Notes under the pieces: generated by a model
What the model saw: the letters and a program-made list of their open reading frames with translations, nothing else
Databases searched by the model: none
Told to the model about the DNA's origin: nothing
From: an uncultured Fidelibacterota bacterium
GTDB lineage: Bacteria > Fidelibacterota > UBA8477 > JABMPR01
Reading direction: 5' to 3'
NCBI GenBank assembly: GCA_937888365.1
Contig: CALBFA010000104.1
Coordinates: 3,649-67,648, forward strand
Length of the DNA stretch: 64,000 nucleotides
In this document: piece by piece, positions 57,545 to 64,000 of the stretch
How the letters are laid out: each line of letters begins with the position of its first letter
How positions within the stretch are numbered: position 1 is the stretch's first letter
Translations under genes and position numbers: made by a program

Positions 57545-59017
57545 GTGAAGCATTGTATTATATCTCTATTTCTAATCGCAACGGCAATGTTGCTTATAGC
57601 ATCACCCGTAATGGCTGAAGAGCATGGGACTACGCTAGGGACACACGAAAATGTTGTTGAAAGTAGCCATGAGAATTCTGGAGAAAGTCAATTACCACCT
57701 ATTTGGCTCGTTGCTCCATTTGTATTATTGCTTCTCATGATTGCTACTGGACCTTTGTTTTATCCCCATTTTTGGGAACATCAATATCCAAAAATTGCAA
57801 TTAGTTTAGGCGTAATCGTCGCTTTTTACTACGGTTTTATCATGGATCATGGAACCTTGTTTCTACTTCATACGCTTGAAGAATACATCTCTTTTATCGC
57901 CCTGCTAACGGCATTATTTGTAGCCTCTGGTGGCATACTCATTAAAATTGATAAAAAGGGAACGCCTCTAGTGAATGGTGCTTTATTACTAGTTGGAGCT
58001 GTTTTATCAAATTTTATTGGAACGACAGGTGCATCAATGTTATTAATACGTCCTTTTATGCGTATCAATGATGGTCGATTAAAGCCATATCATATCATAT
58101 TCTTTATTTTTGTTGTGAGTAATATCGGTGGTGGATTGACGCCCATTGGCGATCCTCCTTTATTCTTAGGTTTTCTAAAAGGCGTACCTTTCTTTTGGGT
58201 TATCGGACACGTTTGGCATATTTGGCTCATAACTGTTCTTAGCGTAGTCGGCGTTTTCTATGTTTTGGATGTAAGCAATAAAAATAATGGAGTCGAGGCT
58301 TCCTATTCGGGAAAAATTAAAATTGTAGGATCAAAGAATTTCTTCTATTTAGGTATCGTTATTTTGTCTGTTTTCATGGACCCGGCAGTCATTAGCGGTT
58401 TTCCAAGTTTGCAAAAAATGTTTCATGTCCCCTTTGGGATTCGCGAAATTGTAATGTTTGCTGTTGCTTACTTAGCTTATACTAATGCCGATAAAGAAGC
58501 TTTAAGAGGTAATGAGTTTAACTTTGAACCTATTAAAGAAGTCGCTTATTTGTTTGTGGGTATTTTTGCAACGATGATTCCAGCTCTTCAACTAATTGGA
58601 GATTTTGCCAAAAATAATGCTGCATCCCTTAATATTTCAAAATTCTATTGGTTTACTGGAAGTTTATCAGGTGTCCTTGATAACGCACCAACTTACTTAA
58701 ATTTTCAAGCTGCGGCTTTAGGTAAATTTGGTATGGATATTGGCAGTGTTTCAGATGTCAACACCTTCGCAGGGGGTGTTTCTTCGCCAGTACCAGGCGA
58801 CCAAAATTCAGTTCTTTATTTGATGGCTATATCAGTAGCCGCCGTATTTTTTGGTGCAATGACCTATATTGGAAATGCGCCGAACTTCATGGTAAAAAAT
58901 ATTGCAGAACAAGCTGGAGTCGATGTCCCAAGTTTTATGGGCTACATTTTTAAATATTCATTGCCAATTCTATTGCCAATATTTGCAGTAGTTGGGTTAA
59001 TATTTTTTAATTATTAA
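57545..59017 (+). CDS. Ion-transporter-superfamily Na+/H+ antiporter (NhaD/ArsB-like)
   Basis: An ~12-TM protein with repeated GGxxTPIGDPP-type motifs, starting at a GTG preceded by an AGGAAG RBS. Confidence 0.65.
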   Translation: MKHCIISLFLIATAMLLIASPVMAEEHGTTLGTHENVVESSHENSGESQLPPIWLVAPFVLLLLMIATGPLFYPHFWEHQYPKIAISLGVIVAFYYGFIMDHGTLFLLHTLEEYISFIALLTALFVASGGILIKIDKKGTPLVNGALLLVGAVLSNFIGTTGASMLLIRPFMRINDGRLKPYHIIFFIFVVSNIGGGLTPIGDPPLFLGFLKGVPFFWVIGHVWHIWLITVLSVVGVFYVLDVSNKNNGVEASYSGKIKIVGSKNFFYLGIVILSVFMDPAVISGFPSLQKMFHVPFGIREIVMFAVAYLAYTNADKEALRGNEFNFEPIKEVAYLFVGIFATMIPALQLIGDFAKNNAASLNISKFYWFTGSLSGVLDNAPTYLNFQAAALGKFGMDIGSVSDVNTFAGGVSSPVPGDQNSVLYLMAISVAAVFFGAMTYIGNAPNFMVKNIAEQAGVDVPSFMGYIFKYSLPILLPIFAVVGLIFFNY

Positions 59018-59031
59018 ACGGAGAAATAACG

Positions 59032-59424
59032 ATGAGCTTAAGTTTTATTGATGCCATACAACATTCTAAACACGGATTAGTTAAAAAAAATACGCTTTTT
59101 CTTCCCTTTCATATGGAATTGATGTATATATGGATAGGAAAGGATATGTCACTCCTTTCAATACCTGACATTATTACTGACTTTTATAGTCTTAAAGCAG
59201 AAATCAATGTACACGAGGATGAAAAATATACACAAATTGTGTTTTTGAAACATTCAAATCTGCATCGAGAATTTGATCATTATAAAGGACACATAATTTT
59301 TCATTGTGCCGAAAAAGGTGCGGATATTTTTCTAAAAGAAAATCGTCATTTTATTAAAATCAGTTTCCATGGAGATACCGAAACCATCTTTTTTGAACTG
59401 ATTGATAATCCATTAAATCTATAA
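59032..59424 (+). CDS. Hypothetical protein (130 aa)
   Basis: A tightly spaced ORF with no recognisable motifs. Confidence 0.4.
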   Translation: MSLSFIDAIQHSKHGLVKKNTLFLPFHMELMYIWIGKDMSLLSIPDIITDFYSLKAEINVHEDEKYTQIVFLKHSNLHREFDHYKGHIIFHCAEKGADIFLKENRHFIKISFHGDTETIFFELIDNPLNL

Positions 59425-59446
59425 GTACGAATTAATATTTATTAAT

Positions 59447-60658
59447 ATGATAAGTTTGTGGGTTTGGGTTTTAGGGTTTTCAATTTTCTTAATACTTGAC
59501 TCGATCACCGATAATAGACAAAAACATATTTTCGCATTTGCAGGTATTGGTATATCTATTTTTGCACATTTAATTTATTACATCACTTATCCTGAGAATA
59601 TTTGGACTTATCCAGCGCTCGGCGTCATATTACTCATCGTTTCATTGAGTTCTCAATTTTCTGGAACACCCCGAAATTCAGGAATGCTCTATGCCGTTCT
59701 TTTTTTAATTCCACTTATAACGCTCATTAAAAAATATGATGCAATCCTCAATTCTGAGAATGCTTTAATTTTAACTATATCAATTTTTTCGGTTTTAATA
59801 TTAATCATTCATTCCCTTATTTATGAAGCTAAAAATGATCTGAAATCTAAAGTCAACTTTATCAATTTACCGATATTGACTATGCTCATAACGGGGATTA
59901 TTGTTCTGAACTTATTTAATGCGAATCCGTTATTTATTTCTCTTTTATGGATATTAGCAATTCTATATCATGTTGAAAGGAAAGTGTGGAATACTTATTA
60001 TCCAATCCCTTTACTCATTGTAACGACATATTTAATCTTTTTAACATTACCTAATTATCCATATATTGGATCAAATTCTGATAGTATTTCGGTCTTATTT
60101 CCCTCCATTGCGATGGCCCTTTTTGCAGCTTTTTTTCTTTGGATGATTTTGTTTACTAATCAAATATCAAAAATAGTATTTTACACCTTATTGGCATCCA
60201 AATTTATTTTGATCTATAATGCATGGATGAGTGGTGCTGGGAGTGAATATATTGAAAGGATGACGTTTTTTCATACGATGCTTTCACTTGCATTATACGC
60301 TTTAACTGTTCAACTAGATAGCTCTGTAAATCAGACACTTACATACGATAGTTTAAAAGGATTATTAATCAATAGAACCCGCGTTATCCTTTTGTGGTTT
60401 CTTTTGTTCGCATTGATCTGGATGCAGCCTTTACACTTAATCACAGGGAGTCTTTTTTTATTATTGCTTAATGGATGTTACATATTGGTGGGAATGGGAA
60501 TACTTACAAAATTATTCCTAATGTCACGAAAATCCAGTCATCAAGACTATAGTATCATTCGTCCTTCTTTAGGTATATGGATTTCAAGTTTATTTGTCAT
60601 CCTAGCTTATATATCAAACATCATAACAGATTCGGAATATTTAAATGCGAATTTCTAA
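59447..60658 (+). CDS. Hypothetical polytopic membrane protein (~12 predicted TM helices)
   Basis: The protein is highly hydrophobic and overlaps the start of the downstream adenosyltransferase gene. Confidence 0.45.
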   Translation: MISLWVWVLGFSIFLILDSITDNRQKHIFAFAGIGISIFAHLIYYITYPENIWTYPALGVILLIVSLSSQFSGTPRNSGMLYAVLFLIPLITLIKKYDAILNSENALILTISIFSVLILIIHSLIYEAKNDLKSKVNFINLPILTMLITGIIVLNLFNANPLFISLLWILAILYHVERKVWNTYYPIPLLIVTTYLIFLTLPNYPYIGSNSDSISVLFPSIAMALFAAFFLWMILFTNQISKIVFYTLLASKFILIYNAWMSGAGSEYIERMTFFHTMLSLALYALTVQLDSSVNQTLTYDSLKGLLINRTRVILLWFLLFALIWMQPLHLITGSLFLLLLNGCYILVGMGILTKLFLMSRKSSHQDYSIIRPSLGIWISSLFVILAYISNIITDSEYLNANF

Positions 60659-61190
60659 AGTTTACACACGCAATGGTGACCTAGGTAATACTCGTTTAGC
60701 CAACGGAAAAGAAGTCCCAAAGGACTATGTTAGCATTCATGCCTATGGTGATATTGACGAATTGAATAGCATTTTAGGTTTTGTTCAAACATTAAACCTA
60801 AGTGACAAAAGCAAGGAAATTATACAAACTATTCAGAATGTATTATTTAATGTAGGTGGTGAATTGTCTTTCGATGGTGAAATGCAGCTTATTCATTCAA
60901 TAGACGTTGAAAAAATTGAAAAATGGATTGATGAAATAAATGGACATCTTTTGCCTTTAAAAGAGTTCATCATTCCAGGTGGCTCAGCCGAAGCTGCACA
61001 ATTACATATTGCCAGAAGTGTTGCACGACGGGCAGAACGAAGCATTCTCAAAATTCAAGACTGGCAAACAAAGCATCTAGAATTATTTAAATATGTAAAT
61101 CGCCTATCTGATTTATTATTCGTGATGGCTCGATATGAAAATAAACTTAAAAAAATTGATGAACCCTTATGGACAAAACTAAATCAATGA
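60645..61190 (+). CDS. ATP:cob(I)alamin adenosyltransferase, PduO-type (MMAB-like)
   Basis: The N-terminus (KVYTRNGDLGNTRLANGKEVPKD...YGDIDELNS) matches the PduO-type signature (IYTKTGDxGxTxL). The length of 181 aa fits. Confidence 0.85.
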   Translation: MRISKVYTRNGDLGNTRLANGKEVPKDYVSIHAYGDIDELNSILGFVQTLNLSDKSKEIIQTIQNVLFNVGGELSFDGEMQLIHSIDVEKIEKWIDEINGHLLPLKEFIIPGGSAEAAQLHIARSVARRAERSILKIQDWQTKHLELFKYVNRLSDLLFVMARYENKLKKIDEPLWTKLNQ

Positions 61191-61232
61191 AAGATAACTG
61201 CTATTTATTGAATCATGAAGACCTGAAATTAT

Positions 61233-61268
61233 AAAAAGCCCTCTATCGAAACAGAGGGCTTTTTATTT
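61233..61268. terminator. Bidirectional intrinsic terminator between convergent genes
   Basis: The hairpin GCCCTCT-ATCGAAAC-AGAGGGC is flanked by A5 and T5. Confidence 0.7.
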
Positions 61269-61287
61269 TCCATAATCTATTGATTCA

Positions 61288-62067
61288 TTATCGTCGGAGT
61301 GCTGCCTTCGTGAATAAATGCCTCGGAATAGGTGCGTTAAGCACAACCTTGTCTAGCCATATTTCAGTGCCTTCACCCGCCATATTGGCGTCTTTTAAGG
61401 TTATATGTTTAGGATACCATTGACGACCTACTTGTTGGATTTCTAGAATTTCAGAAATTTTCAATAATTTGTTACTTTTAGCAAAACGTTCTTCTTTAAT
61501 GGCAAGCCAATGATCAATATCGACCCATATCTTACGCTTTGCATACGCAAGTCCTGGTTCTTTTCCATTCAACTCGAGAATAACGCAGCTTGAACCATTT
61601 AATATTTCATGACCAATAATTTCGACTGCGTAGATGTCCGTCAGTTTCGTTTGTTCGGTCATGTCTTCATAGGAGTAATCCGATCCCATGACAGATTGTC
61701 GCATCAAATGCCCCGCAATTTGTAAAACTCGATCTGTCAACGGCGAATAGATCCACAATTTGTCACCGACTTTTAGCATCTTGGTGCCTTTTTCACGCGG
61801 GGGTGATGTGTATTCGACATAAGAGCTATCGCTTCCTGCTTGGTAAACCATTGAAACGAGAGTACGTGTATTACGTTTCCCGTGGATAATCATGCGATAT
61901 TCTGCGGTTAAAGTTTCAGCCGTCATTGTGTTATCAAGGCGTTCTAATATTTCGCCTGCTGTATATTCAGCCCCTTGAGAAAAAGTTAAAAATCCAAAGA
62001 TTGACATTAGTATGATTATACTTGGTTTCCATAAATTCAAAAAATATCTGCGATTAAATAAGTTCAT
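61288..62067 (-). CDS. LolA-like outer-membrane lipoprotein-sorting protein family member
   Basis: An N-terminal signal/TM segment and the motif EYTSPPREKGTKMLKVGDKLWIYSP...MGSDYSYEDM match the LolA_like family. Confidence 0.75.
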   Translation of the reverse strand: MNLFNRRYFLNLWKPSIIILMSIFGFLTFSQGAEYTAGEILERLDNTMTAETLTAEYRMIIHGKRNTRTLVSMVYQAGSDSSYVEYTSPPREKGTKMLKVGDKLWIYSPLTDRVLQIAGHLMRQSVMGSDYSYEDMTEQTKLTDIYAVEIIGHEILNGSSCVILELNGKEPGLAYAKRKIWVDIDHWLAIKEERFAKSNKLLKISEILEIQQVGRQWYPKHITLKDANMAGEGTEIWLDKVVLNAPIPRHLFTKAALRR

Positions 62068-62069
62068 AT

Positions 62070-63344
62070 TTAGTTTTCCAATTCTTTAAAAAGCGTTGCA
62101 GTTTCACGTTTATAGATGGCTCTTCCAGATAAAAGAGCACCAATCACAGGAGCAAGCAATCCAGGAAAAAAACCGATATAAAATGATGTGGGCGTTATAG
62201 AGGCTCGAATGATATTATTCATGAATACAGTTGAATTTTGAAGACTATTCGAAATATCTAGCCCAATCTCCTGAAGAATGTAGGAAAAGAAGAGCCCGAT
62301 GATAGTACCGACAATAGAGCCCATAAAGCCAATTCCTAAAGCTTCTACAACCATAGAAACATAGACATGCCCACTCGTCTCGCCGATGGCTAATCGTAGT
62401 CCCATTTCGCCATAACGCCTTAGGCCATTCATTAAACCAGCATTCCATAAAACGGTAAACATCGTCGCCAGAAAAATAGTGACAACGAGATAACTCGCTG
62501 AGGACATCATTTGCAGCATTTGACCTAAATCATTTTGATCCTCAAGTAAAATCATGCCGGGTCCATAATCGTCAATTTTAGGATTATTGTCATTGAAATC
62601 TTTTTTCAATGCCGTTGCTTTTTCATGTCCGTAATGACCCTCTTTAAAAAAACCTAGAATTTCGACGTCTGCATCGTCCATCCAAAACGCATGTTTAATG
62701 TCGTTTACATCCGCGACGATTGCACCACCTTTATCAAGTAATGCGATGCCAAATTCCACGGTGCCAGCGATGGTCATCGTTTGGAAAACCATTGCACCAT
62801 CTATACTTGATGAGATAAGTGTCGCTTTGTCGCCAACTTTAATGCCATTGTTTTGAGCCAATTGATCACTGATAAGAATCTCGCCGTTATTTTTAGGAAT
62901 GTCACCGGTTTTGATCCCATCCCTTATTTTCATCCGTTCAAGTTCTTTCGAATCATCAGACAGAAAATCGCCACTGATTCCAGCAACTAATACTTGAAAC
63001 TTTGTTTCACCATTATCATCAGGGAAATCTAAAATACCGCCAAACGACAAGCGTTGAACCCATTCGAGTTGGGGATAGGTTGCGTTTAATTGATTCATCA
63101 ATGCGTTGGTATTTGTCATTGCTGTACCTATGGGTGATGAAGCCGTATTTTCTAATGAATAATGAGATTTAATTTTTACATGACCCGTTGATAAATTTGC
63201 ATTCACAAAAACCATATCATTGAGGGCCCCCATCATATAGCTATATAAGAGAACCGTTAAGGCAGAGCCCATTGCAACGGTAATCATGGGAAACAGACTT
63301 CGAGACCGATCACGCAAAATGCCATTAAGTATGAATTTTATCAT
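62070..63344 (-). CDS. ABC transporter permease, FtsX/MacB/LolE family
   Basis: An N-terminal TM helix, a large periplasmic domain and a C-terminal FtsX-type 3-TM bundle form an operon with the LolA-like gene. Confidence 0.75.
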   Translation of the reverse strand: MIKFILNGILRDRSRSLFPMITVAMGSALTVLLYSYMMGALNDMVFVNANLSTGHVKIKSHYSLENTASSPIGTAMTNTNALMNQLNATYPQLEWVQRLSFGGILDFPDDNGETKFQVLVAGISGDFLSDDSKELERMKIRDGIKTGDIPKNNGEILISDQLAQNNGIKVGDKATLISSSIDGAMVFQTMTIAGTVEFGIALLDKGGAIVADVNDIKHAFWMDDADVEILGFFKEGHYGHEKATALKKDFNDNNPKIDDYGPGMILLEDQNDLGQMLQMMSSASYLVVTIFLATMFTVLWNAGLMNGLRRYGEMGLRLAIGETSGHVYVSMVVEALGIGFMGSIVGTIIGLFFSYILQEIGLDISNSLQNSTVFMNNIIRASITPTSFYIGFFPGLLAPVIGALLSGRAIYKRETATLFKELEN

Positions 63345-64000
63345 AGTCCTTTTCCTTTTAATGCCGCAACAGGGTCGAGTTTTGCCAATTTACGAACGGG
63401 TATAAAACTAATAATCGACATAGTAGCCATCACAAACAAGCTGGTAAGTAGAATAAGCTTTAGGCTGTAAATCGGCCATAGAATCGTACTCATTGCGATG
63501 CCAAAATTATCGCTGTAATCCGGGAGGGGGATGCCGTTTGTTTGAAGTGCATAAATGATAGGCAATCCATAAATAGCCGCTACTAAGGCTGCGAGAACAC
63601 CGTAAATACTACCCTCCAATGTAAATAACATTACAAGTTTAAAGCGCGTCATACCAAGAGCCATTAATGTCCCCATTTCTTTTCGACGCCGCCACATACT
63701 TAAAATTTGAGTATCAAATATGCCTATGGCAGCTAAGCCCAAAAGTATAAAATAAATCACGTTTGCGCCGCCAGATTTCATCTGAATCATTTGACGTATT
63801 GCAACTAATAATTGATATTGAGAATGATATTCCCATTTCTCAAATTCTGTAGCAGTATGATTCTCATTATGAGTAATTATTGTTGCTATATTGTCCTTGC
63901 CCATCAAAGGATACAAATCTGACAAGGCCATAAATATTTGGCCTTTATCAATTGAGGGGTTTAATGTTTGAAAAATATCTGCCACAATTGCATCCTTCGC
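63341..64000 (-). CDS. Second FtsX-family ABC permease, C-terminal portion only (gene runs past the window end)
   Basis: The region carries a C-terminal FtsX-type TM bundle. The reading frame stays open to the window edge and overlaps the downstream permease by 4 bp. Confidence 0.6.
   Translation of the reverse strand, partial: AKDAIVADIFQTLNPSIDKGQIFMALSDLYPLMGKDNIATIITHNENHTATEFEKWEYHSQYQLLVAIRQMIQMKSGGANVIYFILLGLAAIGIFDTQILSMWRRRKEMGTLMALGMTRFKLVMLFTLEGSIYGVLAALVAAIYGLPIIYALQTNGIPLPDYSDNFGIAMSTILWPIYSLKLILLTSLFVMATMSIISFIPVRKLAKLDPVAALKGKGL

Noticed and set aside
1-64000. CRISPR arrays, transposases, integrases and restriction-modification or other defence genes
   Set aside because: No direct-repeat/spacer periodicity and no recombinase or nuclease motifs were seen anywhere in the window.

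Overview
This 64 kb window looks like a mostly syntenic, low-GC chromosomal segment from a member of the FCB group (Bacteroidota-like). The lineage call rests on PorV, a T9SS C-terminal sorting domain, a GWxTD protein, BamD and LolA-like/FtsX-like exporter genes. Genes are densely packed and mostly on the + strand. From start to end the window holds der-DUF512 (minus strand), pepP, tRNA-Gly(GCC), a PspC/propeller/GWxTD trio, a complete elongasome operon (mreB-mreC-mreD-mrdA-rodA) followed by a CpoB/YbgF-like TPR lipoprotein, a truncated glycogen-synthase-like protein with three envelope proteins, rpiB-glyA-nrdR, and a PorV-led T9SS/outer-membrane cluster. The T9SS cluster holds a 937-aa CTD cargo protein and a 1032-aa fusion of metallopeptidase, TolB-like propeller and Omp85-like barrel, followed by a DUF5683-like protein and BamD. 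After that come nadD, a Ca/Na antiporter, ftsEX, grpE-dnaJ, comEA, three translationally coupled proteins of unknown function, rsmD-coaD-pta, monomeric icd, pckA, a DUF4212+SSS transporter divergent from a korDAB(beta-gamma fusion) operon, usp, nhaD, a PduO-type adenosyltransferase and a LolA-like/FtsX-like exporter. I found no CRISPR array, transposase, integrase or obvious defence genes. The most unusual items are (1) the peptidase-propeller-Omp85 fusion in the T9SS/BAM neighbourhood, (2) the uncharacterized three-gene cluster after comEA, (3) a frameshifted, catalytically degenerate 5'-nucleotidase-like lipoprotein, (4) a catalytically dead truncated GT5 glycogen-synthase homolog, and (5) a terminator-containing 224-nt leader directly upstream of porV.
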